Shown: piece by piece, positions 1 through 11,137 of the stretch
How positions within the stretch are numbered: the first letter of the stretch is position 1
How the letters are laid out: every line of letters begins with the position of its first letter
Origin: an uncultured Rhizobiaceae bacterium
GTDB taxonomy: Bacteria > Pseudomonadota > Alphaproteobacteria > Rhizobiales > Rhizobiaceae
Direction: 5' to 3'
DNA: 64,000 bases
NCBI GenBank assembly: GCA_963974325.1
Contig: CAXBCW010000009.1
Span: 18 to 64,017, forward strand
The notes under the pieces: model-generated
Database searches by the model: none
What the model saw: the letters and a program-made list of their open reading frames with translations, nothing else
What the model was told of the DNA's origin: nothing
Translations under genes and position numbers: made by a program

Positions 1-1327
1 ATTTGGCAGCTTCCATTTCTTTCAGCTCTTCATTGCGACTACGCTCTTGCTCGTTCATGGCGCGGTTTTCTTCGCCCTCTTCTTCTAGGCGTTCTTTTTC
101 AAGTGCTGCATCACGGAACACAGATACGGCTTGGAACATTTCGCCAATCTCATCACTGCGCTCAGTCCCTTTAAGATCAAGGTTTGTATTGCCTGAGACC
201 AATTCTTTCATGTCGTTGATCACTTGGCCGATTGGATTGGTGATTGAACGAGAGAATATGAAGGCTGCTAATAGTGAAACACCCAGTAAAACCAACGAGA
301 TTAAGATGATAATATTGCGAAGTGTCGTGAGACCAGCATTTGCTTCTTCTTTTGAAATCAGCGCAGCGACCATCCAGTTTTGATTTTCAAAATCTACACG
401 CACAACAGACAAATGATAGGGTTCACCACGGTAACCTTCGATATCGCCTACCGGCAACCCAGCAAAGGAGTTCTCTAAAAGATTAGTGCTTAAATCCAAT
501 TTTACTTTGAGCGCTTCAACTTCATCCGTTTTCTTTGAATCTGAGATCATTGTGCCATCAGATTTAAGCAAAACGGTTTCACCCGTGATCCCCAAACCTG
601 TTGTATTGGACATAATTTTACCAATGGTTGAGTTTGGCATTTGCAAAATGAGGGTACCAACAATGGTGCCACCTTTGGTAATTGACTTTGCAATAAACGC
701 TGCCGGCGCATCGGCTGATGGCGCGTAAGGTGCATAATCATCAAATACCATTTTATCGGGCGATGCATTTGCAACGACACCTTTCCAAGCGCGCGCAAGA
801 CCGGTGTCTTTCCACTCGCCATTGGCAAGATTTGTGGCATAATCAGTTTCTTTATAAACGGAGTAAATAACATCACCGTCAGGATTGACTAAGAAGAGAT
901 CGTAATAACCATTCTTCTCGATAAAAGTTCGGAAAAAATCGTGAGACTTCTTGTGCGACGCGTCATAACCATCAATTTCGGCCGAATCTAATTTTTGTTT
1001 TTCACCCAATGGATTGGGGTTGTCTTCGATATAACGTTTTTGAAGCTCTGCTACTTTATCACCACCGATAAAATTCCAACCGAAAGAAAAAGCACCCATT
1101 GCGCCAGTTACTTTGGTGTCGGTCGACAGCCTGACCAAATCAGTCTCAATCGTATGAAGGTAGGTTTCAACCTGATTTCGTCTGCCATCGGCTATGGCCA
1201 TAATTTTTTCATCAGTTTGAGCTTCTATAAAGTGTGCACTGACCATGAAGCCGGCAACACTTGCGACGCTAACAGTAACCAAAGTCAAAATTGCAGCGGC
1301 TATGGGGAGTTTTTTTGAGATTTTCAC
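1..1327 (-). CDS. Methyl-accepting chemotaxis protein, 5' part (TM-Cache-TM-HAMP); runs off the left edge
   Basis: Not in the ORF track because no stop lies in the window. Hand translation from GTG 1327: VKISKKLPIAAAILTLVTVSVASVAGFMV (TM1), periplasmic Cache-like region, TM2, HAMP 'ERSDEIGEMFQAVSVFRDAALEKERLE', then coiled coil MNEQERSRNEELKEMEAAK. Confidence 0.85.
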   Translation of the reverse strand, partial: MKISKKLPIAAAILTLVTVSVASVAGFMVSAHFIEAQTDEKIMAIADGRRNQVETYLHTIETDLVRLSTDTKVTGAMGAFSFGWNFIGGDKVAELQKRYIEDNPNPLGEKQKLDSAEIDGYDASHKKSHDFFRTFIEKNGYYDLFLVNPDGDVIYSVYKETDYATNLANGEWKDTGLARAWKGVVANASPDKMVFDDYAPYAPSADAPAAFIAKSITKGGTIVGTLILQMPNSTIGKIMSNTTGLGITGETVLLKSDGTMISDSKKTDEVEALKVKLDLSTNLLENSFAGLPVGDIEGYRGEPYHLSVVRVDFENQNWMVAALISKEEANAGLTTLRNIIILISLVLLGVSLLAAFIFSRSITNPIGQVINDMKELVSGNTNLDLKGTERSDEIGEMFQAVSVFRDAALEKERLEEEGEENRAMNEQERSRNEELKEMEAAK

Positions 1328-1875
1328 GATTTTGATCCGAGCTATCTATCGATAATAGGGACATGAACAGTAGACTGTTCTAGAGCTCGCATCATGCTAA
1401 CTGGGAGCATTCCCCCAGCCTCTAGCGATAGACTTTTTCATAAATACTGAAATAAAACATTAATGAAATCAATAGTATTTACCTAGGATTGATACTCTTG
1501 AACGCACAACCAAAACAGAATAAATCTGTTGCATTCCTAGGTTGAACAAAGTCCCATTTTTAGTTTTTGGAACAAAAAAGACATTACATGACTGCAAAAT
1601 AACATGCTTTTTCATGTGTATTGCATTTTACTTTATTCAAAAACGATAAAATAGAACATCATACATCCCATCGTATTCGCCTGTTTAGTCCGACAATAAC
1701 GCCGAAAGCTGTAGAATGAACCAGTATTGTTGCCGCTATTTAGTCACCCAATAGAAAAAATATCGACACAAACAGCTCTATTTTACATAGATTGTAGGAT
1801 GCAGTTAGTGTAATTTGATATCAACTTTAGATCTTCATTTAACCAAATTATCGGCCAATCTCAAAAGGTATAGTT

Positions 1876-2736
1876 ATGCAAGTTTTTGACGCCACGCAAA
1901 ATAGTCTTGGCGAAGGTGTGCTTTGGCATCCTTTGAGGAGTTCACTCTTTTGGTTTGATATCCTTAAGCATCGCTTATTCGAAAGAAACCTTGATGATCA
2001 AAACGCCAAGGTCTGGCAATTTGATGCGCATGTGTCTGCTGCAGGTTGGATTGATTTTAACACGCTGATGATAGCCTCTGAAACTGAGTTGTTTGCCTTT
2101 AATTTAGAGGATGAAACAAAAAACACGCTCGCACCGCTTGAGGCTGACAATCCAATCACCAGATCCAATGATGGTCGTGCGGATCGCCAAGGGGGGTTTT
2201 GGATTGGCACAATGGGTAAGCGCGCTGAAGACAAAGCGGGCAGTATTTACCGCTATTACAAAGGTGAGTTACGCAAACTATTTGGCGACCTGACCATTAC
2301 CAATTCAATATGTTTTGCAATTGATGGAAGTGTCGCCTATTTTACAGACACTTTCACGCGGCAAATTATGAGCGTTCGGTTAGACCAAGATGGGTGGCCG
2401 ATATCAGAGCCCAAGATTTATCTTGATCTGAATGCAGCAAAGCTTTCGCCCGATGGTGCTGTGATTGATGCAAGAGGTAATATGTGGATTGCTCAATGGG
2501 GTGCAGGCCGTGTATCGTGTTACGATCAAACTGGCAAACTTATCACAGCTCAGCACGCAACCGCCCAACAGATCACCTGCCCTGCTTTTGGCGGTGATGA
2601 TTATCAGACATTGTTTTGCACATCTGCATCAGAAGGATTGGGGGATGTTGATATCAAAACCCAAAATGCAGGCGCAACGTATTTTATCAAACTTGACGAC
2701 TTCAAAGGCGTTCCAGAACCACAAGTCTTCATCTAA
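1876..2736 (+). CDS. SMP-30/gluconolactonase/LRE family protein
   Basis: Motifs LGEGVLW..LFWFDI, RSNDGRAD..GGFWIGTMG, PDGAVID..GNMWIAQWG, ITCPAFGG. Confidence 0.92.
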   Translation: MQVFDATQNSLGEGVLWHPLRSSLFWFDILKHRLFERNLDDQNAKVWQFDAHVSAAGWIDFNTLMIASETELFAFNLEDETKNTLAPLEADNPITRSNDGRADRQGGFWIGTMGKRAEDKAGSIYRYYKGELRKLFGDLTITNSICFAIDGSVAYFTDTFTRQIMSVRLDQDGWPISEPKIYLDLNAAKLSPDGAVIDARGNMWIAQWGAGRVSCYDQTGKLITAQHATAQQITCPAFGGDDYQTLFCTSASEGLGDVDIKTQNAGATYFIKLDDFKGVPEPQVFI

Positions 2737-2846
2737 CTGTTCGTAACTTGACTTAAGACCGAGCTGTAAGGCTGCGTGGCGTTGATTTGCGTGGGTGTTC
2801 GGTCTACAACGGCGCCATCTTCAATACCAAAATAAGAGAACTCAAT

Positions 2847-4154
2847 ATGATCCCGCGTTACTCCCGCAAGGAAATGACAGACATTTGGTCGCCCGCAAGT
2901 AAATTCCGCATCTGGTTTGAAATCGAAGCTCACGCTTGTGATGCGCTTGCCGAACTTGGTGTGATCCCAAAATCTGCTGCTGAAACAATATGGGAAAAAG
3001 GTGGCGCTGCGACCTTTGATGTTGATAAAATCGACGAAATTGAAGCTGTGACAAAACACGATGTTATTGCGTTCCTCACCCATTTGGCTGACATTGTTGG
3101 CGATGATGCTCGTTTTGTACACCAAGGCATGACATCTTCTGATGTGCTTGATACCTGCTTTAACGTGCAACTTGTCAAAGCGACCGATCTTCTGCTTGAA
3201 GATATGGACAAAATGTTGGCAGCCCTTAAAAAGCGTGCTTTTGAACATAAAGATACAATCACAATTGGCCGTAGCCACGGTATTCACGCAGAGCCAACAA
3301 CATTTGGTGTAAAGCTTGCACAGGCTTATGCAGAATTTGATCGTAATAAAAAACGCCTTCTTGCAGCTCGCGAAGACATTGCCACTTGTGCGATTTCTGG
3401 TGCTGTTGGCACCTTTGCCAATATCGATCCAAGCGTTGAAGAGCATGTAGCCAAAGCACTTGGCCTATCGGCTGAGCCTGTATCAACGCAAGTTGTGCCG
3501 CGTGATCGTCATGCGATGTATTTTGCAACACTTGGTGTGATTGCCTCATCGATTGAACGTGTTTCAACCGAAATCCGCCATTTGCAACGCACAGAAGTTC
3601 TTGAAGTTGAAGAGTTCTTCTCACCGGGCCAAAAAGGCTCATCAGCAATGCCGCATAAACGCAATCCGGTTTTGACCGAAAACCTAACTGGTCTTGCCCG
3701 TATGGTGCGCGCCTATGCATTGCCTGCTATGGAAAATGTGGCGCTTTGGCATGAGCGTGATATCTCACACTCATCTGTTGAGCGGATGATTGGACCTGAT
3801 GCGACAGTGACGCTTGATTTTGCCCTTGTGCGCTTGACTGGCGTGATCGACAAGCTTTTGATTTATCCTGATAACATGATGAAAAACATGAATAAATTTC
3901 GTGGTCTTGTACATTCACAGCGCGTTTTGTTGGCACTTACACAAGCGGGTCAATCTCGCGAAGATTCATATCGTCTTGTCCAACGCAATGCGATGCGCGT
4001 TTGGGAAGAAGGCAAAGACTTCTTAACGGAGCTTTTGGCCGATGAAGATGTAATGGCAGTTTTGGATGAAAAAACCATCCGCGAAAAATTCGACCTTGGC
4101 TATCACACCAAACATGTTGATACGATCTTTAATCGGGTATTTGGCGAGAGTTAA
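2847..4154 (+). CDS. purB: Adenylosuccinate lyase
   Basis: N-terminus MIPRYSR, TKHDVIAF, GRSHGIHAEPTT, fumarate-lyase signature GSSAMPHKRNP. Start moved from 2787 to ATG 2847. Confidence 0.97.
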   Translation: MIPRYSRKEMTDIWSPASKFRIWFEIEAHACDALAELGVIPKSAAETIWEKGGAATFDVDKIDEIEAVTKHDVIAFLTHLADIVGDDARFVHQGMTSSDVLDTCFNVQLVKATDLLLEDMDKMLAALKKRAFEHKDTITIGRSHGIHAEPTTFGVKLAQAYAEFDRNKKRLLAAREDIATCAISGAVGTFANIDPSVEEHVAKALGLSAEPVSTQVVPRDRHAMYFATLGVIASSIERVSTEIRHLQRTEVLEVEEFFSPGQKGSSAMPHKRNPVLTENLTGLARMVRAYALPAMENVALWHERDISHSSVERMIGPDATVTLDFALVRLTGVIDKLLIYPDNMMKNMNKFRGLVHSQRVLLALTQAGQSREDSYRLVQRNAMRVWEEGKDFLTELLADEDVMAVLDEKTIREKFDLGYHTKHVDTIFNRVFGES

Positions 4155-4174
4155 ATCTGATTTTATGCTTGGCG

Positions 4175-4480
4175 TTAAAGCCCAGCATCTAAAAGCTGTT
4201 TCATGCGAGATTTTGTTTTACCACACAGTTTCTCGCATGTAATGCCGTCATTATCGCCATCTCGACGTTTATGCCCACATTGAGATAGGAAAAAATAAGC
4301 CTCAGTGCAGCTTCTCATTTTGCCGCATGTTTTCTTGGGCGAACAAGAAAAATTTTGAGCGAGTAATATGCGTCCCAAATTCTGTGTTGATTTTTGTATT
4401 GGGATGAGTTGATAATGGGTAGATAACACCAATAATACAACGCATAACATACCTATAATTGTAGTATAAAATCTTTTCAT
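4175..4480 (-). CDS. Small exported Excalibur (Ca2+-binding) domain protein
   Basis: Hydrophobic N-terminus, then CSPKKTCGKMRSCTEAYFFLSQCGHKRRDGDNDGITCEKLC (DxDxDG loop with Cys pattern). Confidence 0.8.
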   Translation of the reverse strand: MKRFYTTIIGMLCVVLLVLSTHYQLIPIQKSTQNLGRILLAQNFSCSPKKTCGKMRSCTEAYFFLSQCGHKRRDGDNDGITCEKLCGKTKSRMKQLLDAGL

Positions 4481-4524
4481 ATTCGGTTGTAATATGTTCA
4501 CATACAAACAACAAGAGCAGATAA

Positions 4525-5073
4525 ATGAAAGCAGCAGACACAGAAATTTTGATCATTCCGGGGTATAAAAACTCTGGTCCTGACCATTGGCAAACAAGAT
4601 GGGTGGAGCGCATTAAATCTGCGCGTCGTGTGGAGCAAGACGAATGGTCTAAACCTGTTGTGGAAGAATGGACGATACGACTGGCCGAAGAGGTCAACAA
4701 GGCTGAAAAACCTGTTGTTTTGGTTGCCCATTCGCTTGGTGTTGCAACGGCAATACAGGCCATTCCCTTGTTTAAAAAGCCTGTTATTGCTGGCTTTTTT
4801 GTTGCGCCGCCAGATGTGGCAAATCCACAAATTCGCCCAAAGCATTTGATGACATTTGGCCCCTACCCGCGTGATCCGCTACCATTTCCATCTGTTGTAG
4901 TTGCAAGTCAAAATGATGAATTTTCAAGCATTGAAAAAGCTGAAGATATTGCAGGTGCATGGGGATCTATGTTTGTTGATGCCGGCGAGCGTGGTCATAT
5001 TGATGATGCTGCTGGCCATGGTCCATGGCCAGAAGGCTCGCTAACCTTTGCTAAATTCATGCAAGGGCTTTGA
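4525..5073 (+). CDS. RBBP9/YdeN family alpha/beta hydrolase
   Basis: IIPGYKNSGPDHWQ, nucleophile elbow VAHSLG, SQND, GHI. Confidence 0.92.
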   Translation: MKAADTEILIIPGYKNSGPDHWQTRWVERIKSARRVEQDEWSKPVVEEWTIRLAEEVNKAEKPVVLVAHSLGVATAIQAIPLFKKPVIAGFFVAPPDVANPQIRPKHLMTFGPYPRDPLPFPSVVVASQNDEFSSIEKAEDIAGAWGSMFVDAGERGHIDDAAGHGPWPEGSLTFAKFMQGL

Positions 5074-5174
5074 GCGAAAAACCTAAGCAGTTTTAAAAAA
5101 ATCAAACAGGATAAGTTTTCAGTAACGCTTTGGCGTTAGGGTCATCGATATTATAGTTAGCATCGAGTAAACTT

Positions 5175-5528
5175 ATGACGTCATCACCCTATAGCTTTAT
5201 GAAAGCCCTTGGAGAGACCGCGCGAAAAACGACGCCGTCTCCTATCAGAAATTCTGCGCGTGGTATCGGTTCAACTGATACCGCTTACCGCAATTTAAAC
5301 GTCGTTGCGCTTGTTGATGACAAGCATTTTGATGCGATGGCCCTACGCCAAAAAGCAAACACGCGCGCTCAGATGATTTCTAATGCATCTAGTCAGTACT
5401 TGCTTGAAGATACGAAAAGCCATGTTGGCGCGCAATATGAGCAAGACAACTTGGTCCACGTCACACGCGAAGTGATCAAAAAAGAACAAAGGCACATGGG
5501 CTTTGGCATGGTTGCGTCGAACGTTTAA
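5175..5528 (+). CDS. Hypothetical protein (117 aa)
   Basis: Fills the gap between the hydrolase and the convergent aldolase. No family recognised. Confidence 0.55.
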   Translation: MTSSPYSFMKALGETARKTTPSPIRNSARGIGSTDTAYRNLNVVALVDDKHFDAMALRQKANTRAQMISNASSQYLLEDTKSHVGAQYEQDNLVHVTREVIKKEQRHMGFGMVASNV

Positions 5529-5532
5529 ACCG

Positions 5533-6303
5533 CTATTTCTTTGAAATCTCAGCCCGTTCCAGATAGCTTTGACAGCCATCTGCAAGCAGCGCTCCATCAT
5601 AACTTACATTGACGAACTGATAGCCCCAGCTGGTATAACGTGGCGCATCTTCGGGATTGCGTGCAAAAATGCCTGCGAATTTGCCATGTTGTTTGGCGCG
5701 TATTGCCATATCTTTCATCGGCTGCTGGGTTTCTGGCATATTTGGATCAACGCCAGCGCCATTTGCAAAATCAATTGACAAATCTGATGGGCCAACAAAA
5801 ATGCCATCGATACCATCTGTTGAGATGATCTCATCAAAATTCTCATAGGCTTTTCGGGTTTCAATCATCGCAAATGCGAGTGTTTGTTGATTGGCGATTT
5901 GCAGATAATCCGCGCTTTTTACTTTATGTTGCTGCACAGCACGCCCTGGGCCCCATGACCGCTCGCCAATCGGTGGGTATTTCATGAATTTGGCAAATGT
6001 CTGTGCATCTTGTTTGGTGTTGATCATTGGGGCGATCACTGCTTCATAGCCCAGATCAAGCGCCCGGCTTGCCGCATCAAAACGATCCACGGGCAATCGC
6101 ACAATAGCAATTTTGTCCGCAGCGATAATCGCTTCACCTGAGGTCACAACCGTATCATCGCTGTGAACACCATGCTGCATGTCGATTACAATGCCATCAA
6201 AATCAGATAGTGCAAATTGCGCCACCAATTGAGGCGACCCAACTTGGCTCCATAGGGTGTAAATCGTCTCGCCTTTATGCATCCGGTCTGCAAATGTCAG
6301 CAT
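5533..6303 (-). CDS. HpcH/HpaI aldolase/citrate lyase family protein
   Basis: IDMQHG, VIAPMIN, KYPPIGERSWG, AMIET, DGIFVGPSDLS. GAGGAG RBS before ATG 6303. Confidence 0.92.
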   Translation of the reverse strand: MLTFADRMHKGETIYTLWSQVGSPQLVAQFALSDFDGIVIDMQHGVHSDDTVVTSGEAIIAADKIAIVRLPVDRFDAASRALDLGYEAVIAPMINTKQDAQTFAKFMKYPPIGERSWGPGRAVQQHKVKSADYLQIANQQTLAFAMIETRKAYENFDEIISTDGIDGIFVGPSDLSIDFANGAGVDPNMPETQQPMKDMAIRAKQHGKFAGIFARNPEDAPRYTSWGYQFVNVSYDGALLADGCQSYLERAEISKK

Positions 6304-6421
6304 GGTCACTCTCCTCAAACACCTTTTGCTATCAAACAAAAAACCCACGCTCATGTCATTTATAACATGAGGCGCGGGTGATTTAATCTTTAAAACTGAT
6401 CATTATTCAAATCAAGCAGAC

Positions 6422-6727
6422 TTAAGAATCGCTTTGAATTTGCTCTTCGGCAACACCCAAGGCCCAGATCATTTTGTCGCGAATTGTGTCGTCTGACACA
6501 TCATCACCCAAATCACCGCGAAGCTTTTTAAACACGTCTTCATCGCCAGCTTCTTCAAAATCTGATGCAATAACCTCTTTAGCATAGGCATCGCCATCTT
6601 TGCCGAGTAGTTCTGCTGCCCAAAGGCCTAGCAACTTGTTGCGGCGGGCTTCAATTTTAAATTTCGTGTCTGCATCATGGGCAAACTTGTTCTCAAATGC
6701 ATTTTTACGATCATCAAAACTACTCAT
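6422..6727 (-). CDS. DUF1476 family protein (F1FO-ATPase inhibitory zeta subunit of alphaproteobacteria)
   Basis: MSSFDDRKNAFENKFAHDADTKFKIEARRNKLLGLWAAELLG and SDFEEAGDEDVFKKL. AGGAG RBS favours ATG 6727. Confidence 0.9.
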   Translation of the reverse strand: MSSFDDRKNAFENKFAHDADTKFKIEARRNKLLGLWAAELLGKDGDAYAKEVIASDFEEAGDEDVFKKLRGDLGDDVSDDTIRDKMIWALGVAEEQIQSDS

Positions 6728-6974
6728 AGCCATCTCCTAATATTTTTCATTCGTGCTCTATAAAGATCACTCTTAAATCTTATATGGACATTGTTGAGCC
6801 AAAAGAGAAGGCCAAAATCTGAATTATTGCCTAAAAATATATCTGTTGTGATTAAAGGGGGAAACCAGACCAATAAAAGTTGTGAATCACCTTCGTATAA
6901 GTTAAAGACCCTATGAAGCCTCAGATTCACTATATTTGCTCCTCTTTTTAAAGAGCGCACCAATCGAGTTTATT

Positions 6975-7751
6975 ATGAAAAATCGTCGCCGTATTTACGA
7001 AGGCAAGGCCAAAATTTTATATGAAGGTCCTGAGCCAGGAACACTTATTCAATTTTTTAAAGATGACGCAACTGCATTTAATAAGAAAAAGCAGGATGTG
7101 ATCGACGGAAAAGGCGTGTTGAATAACCGCATTTCCGAATACATCTTTAATCATCTCAACTCTATCGGCATTCCTACGCATTTTATCAAGCGTATGAACA
7201 TGCGTGAGCAGTTGATCAAAGAAGTGGATATTATTCCGCTTGAGATCATTGTGCGCAATGTTGCCGCTGGCACCTTATCAAAACGTTTGGGCCTTGAAGA
7301 AGGCACTGTGTTGCCGCGCTCCATCATTGAGTTTTGCTATAAAGATGATTCATTGGATGATCCTTTGGTCTCTGAAGAGCATATCACGGCATTTGGCTGG
7401 GCATCTCCGCAAGAAATTGACGATATTATGGCGCTTGCCATTCGCGTCAATGATTTCCTGACGGGTCTTTTCTTAGGTGTTGGCATCAAGCTTGTTGATT
7501 TTAAAATCGAATGTGGACGTCTGTTTGAAGATGATCAAATGCGCATTGTTGTTGCAGATGAAATCTCTCCAGATTCATGCCGCCTTTGGGATATCGAAAG
7601 CGACCAAAAACTCGACAAAGATGTGTTCCGTCGCGATTTGGGCAGCCTGACAGAAGCCTATCAAGAAGTTGCAAGACGTCTTGGCATTATGAATGAAAAC
7701 GAGCCGCCTCGCCCATCGGGTCCGGTGCTTGTTAAATCAGACGACGAATAA
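6975..7751 (+). CDS. purC: Phosphoribosylaminoimidazole-succinocarboxamide synthase
   Basis: [53 protein letters not shown]. Confidence 0.97.
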   Translation: MKNRRRIYEGKAKILYEGPEPGTLIQFFKDDATAFNKKKQDVIDGKGVLNNRISEYIFNHLNSIGIPTHFIKRMNMREQLIKEVDIIPLEIIVRNVAAGTLSKRLGLEEGTVLPRSIIEFCYKDDSLDDPLVSEEHITAFGWASPQEIDDIMALAIRVNDFLTGLFLGVGIKLVDFKIECGRLFEDDQMRIVVADEISPDSCRLWDIESDQKLDKDVFRRDLGSLTEAYQEVARRLGIMNENEPPRPSGPVLVKSDDE

Positions 7752-7805
7752 GATTGGCGCACTTTGTGCCAACCATCAAAGTTCAATTTAATTATAGGCA
7801 GAAAA

Positions 7806-8048
7806 ATGATCAAAGCACGTGTAACCGTTACATTGAAAAACGGTGTTTTGGATCCGCAAGGTAAAGCAATTGAAGGTGCAATGTCTGCACTTGGGTTTGA
7901 TGGTCTTGACGGCGTTCGCCAAGGCAAAGTCTTCGATCTTCAGCTTTCGGGCGACGACAAGACAAAAGCGCAATCTGATATTACAGCCATGTGCGAAAAG
8001 CTTTTGGCAAATACCGTGATTGAAGATTACACCATCGATATTTTGTAG
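7806..8048 (+). CDS. purS: Phosphoribosylformylglycinamidine synthase subunit PurS
   Basis: VTLKNGVLDPQGKAI, VRQGKVF, MCEKLLANTVIEDY. Confidence 0.96.
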   Translation: MIKARVTVTLKNGVLDPQGKAIEGAMSALGFDGLDGVRQGKVFDLQLSGDDKTKAQSDITAMCEKLLANTVIEDYTIDIL

Positions 8049-8053
8049 TTTTA

Positions 8054-8080
8054 AAGGCGCGGTTTAAATCGCGCCTTTTT
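8054..8080 (+). terminator. Terminator-like hairpin between purS and purQ
   Basis: AAGGCGCG-GTTTAAAT-CGCGCCTT followed by a T-run. Confidence 0.6.
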
Positions 8081-8120
8081 CAATTTTAAGACCAAAATTC
8101 CAAATTTGGGAATTCATTTT

Positions 8121-8795
8121 ATGAAAACAGCAGTTCTTCAACTTCCAGGCCTCAATCGCGATCGCGATATGTTGGCAGCTCTTACGCTTATTTCTGGCCA
8201 AGCCCCACAAACGGTTTGGCAGACTGAGACATCTATTGATGACGATGTCGACCTTATCGTTATCCCCGGTGGATTTTCCTACGGCGATTACCTACGCTCT
8301 GGCGCTATCGCCGCCCGTATGCCTGTTATGCAAGCGGTCATTGAAAAAGCTAAAAAAGGCACCCGTGTCATCGGGGTCTGCAATGGCTTTCAGATCATGG
8401 TTGAAGCGGGGCTACTACCCGGTGCGCTGATGCGCAATGCATCGCTCAAATTTGTATGTCGTCAAGTTAAGCTTGAAGTTTCCACTGCATCTAGCGCTTT
8501 TACGAAAAGCTACCAAAATGGTGAAGTAATAAACTGCCCTGTGGCACACCATGATGGCAATTATTTTGCAGATGCTGAAACGCTGAAAGAATTGCAAGGC
8601 GAAGATCGCATTGCATTCCGTTATGCTGATGGCACCAACCCAAATGGCTCGATTGATAATATTGCTGGCATTTTGGGACCACAGCGCAATGTGCTTGGTA
8701 TGATGCCGCATCCAGAAAACTTGATAGAAGCAGCCCATGGAGGTGATGATGGACGTCGCCTGTTTGAAGGCGCACTTGATATGATTTCTGCTTAA
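8121..8795 (+). CDS. purQ: Phosphoribosylformylglycinamidine synthase subunit PurQ
   Basis: [21 protein letters not shown] (catalytic Cys), GMMPHPE. Confidence 0.97.
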   Translation: MKTAVLQLPGLNRDRDMLAALTLISGQAPQTVWQTETSIDDDVDLIVIPGGFSYGDYLRSGAIAARMPVMQAVIEKAKKGTRVIGVCNGFQIMVEAGLLPGALMRNASLKFVCRQVKLEVSTASSAFTKSYQNGEVINCPVAHHDGNYFADAETLKELQGEDRIAFRYADGTNPNGSIDNIAGILGPQRNVLGMMPHPENLIEAAHGGDDGRRLFEGALDMISA

Positions 8796-8839
8796 AAAAT
8801 CCGATTAAATACTTGAATTTAAAGTCGATATAAACTGAT

Positions 8840-11050
8840 ATGACCATAAACAACACACAACCTATTACTGAAGAGCTCATCGCATCCCACGGTTTGGCAC
8901 CAGATGAATACACCCTCATTTTGGAGCTGATCGGGCGCGAGCCGACCTATACCGAACTTGGCATTTTCTCTGCCATGTGGAACGAGCATTGCTCTTATAA
9001 ATCATCCAAAAAATGGCTCCGCACTTTGCCAACAACGGGCGAACGCGTGATCCACGGACCGGGTGAAAATGCGGGTGTGGTTGATATTGGTGATGGCGAA
9101 TGTGTGGTTTTCAAGATGGAAAGCCATAATCACCCATCTTACATTGAGCCTTATCAAGGCGCTGCCACAGGTGTTGGCGGTATTTTGCGCGATGTCTTTA
9201 CCATGGGTGCCCGTCCTGTTGCTGCCATGAACGCTTTGCGTTTTGGTGAGCCGGACCATGAACGCACAAAGCATATCGTGTCTGGTGTGGTGTCTGGTGT
9301 TGGCGGTTACGGCAATTCGTTTGGCGTGCCGACAGTTGGCGGCGAAGTCGAGTTTGATGCGCGTTACAATGGCAATTGCTTGGTCAATGCGTTTGCTGCA
9401 GGGATTGCGCGTACGGATGCGATTTTCCTCTGCAAAGCTGAAGGTGTTGGCCTTCCGGTGGTTTACTTGGGTGCAAAAACCGGACGCGATGGCGTTGGTG
9501 GTGCCACGATGGCATCGGCGGAATTTGACGAAACAATTGAAGAAAAACGCCCTACTGTCCAAGTTGGCGATCCATTTACTGAAAAATGCCTTTTGGAAGC
9601 CTGTTTAGAGCTAATGCAAACGGGCGCTGTGATTGCTATTCAAGATATGGGCGCTGCAGGCCTGACCTGTTCTGCGGTTGAAATGGGCGCATCTGGCGAT
9701 CTCGGTGTCGAGCTTTATCTGGATGATGTTCCGGTGCGTGAAGACCATATGACAGCCTATGAGATGATGTTGTCTGAAAGCCAAGAGCGCATGCTCATGG
9801 TTCTTGACCCATCAAAAGAAGATGAAGCTAAAGCCTTCTTTGTCAAATGGGGTTTGGATTTTGCCATTGTTGGTAAAACAACGGATGATCTACGGTTCCG
9901 CATTTTCCACCAAGATGTTGAAGTTGCAAACTTGCCAATCAAAGAGCTTGGTGATCAAGCACCTGAATATGATCGTCCTTGGCGCGAGCCTGGTTTATAT
10001 TCACCGCTACCGGCAGATCTTGTCAAAGAGCCAGAAGATTATGGCGTCGCTTTGATGTCAATGTTGGCGTCCCCTAATCAGTCGTCCCGACGTTGGGTTT
10101 GGGAGCAATATGATACGCTTATTCAAGGCAATTCATTGCAATTGCCAGGTGGTGATGCAGGTGTTGTGCGTGTGGATGGTCATCCATCCAAAGCACTTGC
10201 CTTTTCATCGGATGTGACACCACATTATTGCGAAGCTGATGCCTATCAGGGCGGAAAACAAGCTGTTGCAGAATGCTGGCGTAATATTACCGCAACAGGC
10301 GCCTTGCCATTGGCTTCCACCGATAATTTGAATTTTGGTAATCCTGAACGTCCTGAAATTATGGGACAGTTCGTTAAAGCCATTGAAGGTATTGGCGAAG
10401 CCTGTATCGCGCTTGATTTCCCGATCGTATCTGGCAATGTCTCACTTTATAACGAGACATTTGGTGAGGCTATTTTGCCAACACCAACAATTGCTGGTGT
10501 CGGATTGTTGGATGACTGGACCAAGATGGCGAAAATCGCTGGTGCGTCTGATGGCGATGCTGTGTTGTTGCTTGGCGGTGATGGCACGCATTTGGGCCAA
10601 TCCGTTTATATCCGCGATTGCTTGGGTGAAACAGCTGGCCCTCCGCCAGAAGTTGATCTGGTTTGCGAACGTCGCAATGGTGATTTTGTCCGCTCTGCGA
10701 TCAATAATGGCCAAGTCTCCAGCTGTCATGATATTAGCCAAGGTGGCCTTGCATTAGCACTCGCTGAAATGTGCATGGCAGGTGATTATGGTATGGATAT
10801 TGATCTAACTGAGATCGAAGCTATGCCTTTGCACGGCCTCTTGTTTGGTGAAGATCAAGCCCGTTATATCGTCACGCTCGAGAGTGATATGGCACAATTC
10901 ATTGCCAATAGCGCTGCCGATCAAGGCGTTCAAGCCCGCATTTTGGGTACGGTGTCAGGTGATAGTCTTGAGATTAAAGACGTCCTATCGCTTGATGTTG
11001 ATGCGATGAAAACAGCCCATGAAAGCTGGTTCCCAGACTATATGGCTTAA
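8840..11050 (+). CDS. purL: Phosphoribosylformylglycinamidine synthase subunit PurL
   Basis: [39 protein letters not shown]; 736 aa small-type PurL. Confidence 0.98.
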   Translation: MTINNTQPITEELIASHGLAPDEYTLILELIGREPTYTELGIFSAMWNEHCSYKSSKKWLRTLPTTGERVIHGPGENAGVVDIGDGECVVFKMESHNHPSYIEPYQGAATGVGGILRDVFTMGARPVAAMNALRFGEPDHERTKHIVSGVVSGVGGYGNSFGVPTVGGEVEFDARYNGNCLVNAFAAGIARTDAIFLCKAEGVGLPVVYLGAKTGRDGVGGATMASAEFDETIEEKRPTVQVGDPFTEKCLLEACLELMQTGAVIAIQDMGAAGLTCSAVEMGASGDLGVELYLDDVPVREDHMTAYEMMLSESQERMLMVLDPSKEDEAKAFFVKWGLDFAIVGKTTDDLRFRIFHQDVEVANLPIKELGDQAPEYDRPWREPGLYSPLPADLVKEPEDYGVALMSMLASPNQSSRRWVWEQYDTLIQGNSLQLPGGDAGVVRVDGHPSKALAFSSDVTPHYCEADAYQGGKQAVAECWRNITATGALPLASTDNLNFGNPERPEIMGQFVKAIEGIGEACIALDFPIVSGNVSLYNETFGEAILPTPTIAGVGLLDDWTKMAKIAGASDGDAVLLLGGDGTHLGQSVYIRDCLGETAGPPPEVDLVCERRNGDFVRSAINNGQVSSCHDISQGGLALALAEMCMAGDYGMDIDLTEIEAMPLHGLLFGEDQARYIVTLESDMAQFIANSAADQGVQARILGTVSGDSLEIKDVLSLDVDAMKTAHESWFPDYMA

Positions 11051-11088
11051 AAAGGCCTTACGACTAAAATTGAATATTCATTTATAAG

Positions 11089-11121
11089 ACGTGGCATAGA
11101 TATTATCTGTGCCACGTTTTT
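11089..11121. terminator. Hairpin terminator between convergent purL and the DUF533 gene
   Basis: ACGTGGCATAGAT-ATT-ATCTGTGCCACGT plus T-run. Confidence 0.75.
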
Positions 11122-11137
11122 ATTATGTGCCTATGAA

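Noticed and set aside
3-876. ORFs 3..383(+), 486..728(+) and 547..876(-)
   Set aside because: Antisense or off-frame shadows of the MCP gene that runs off the window edge.
2733-3720. Long minus-strand ORFs (237 and 153 aa) over purB, and similar ORFs over purL, plsX, hppA and kefC
   Set aside because: Shadow ORFs opposite well-conserved genes, with no RBS or motifs.
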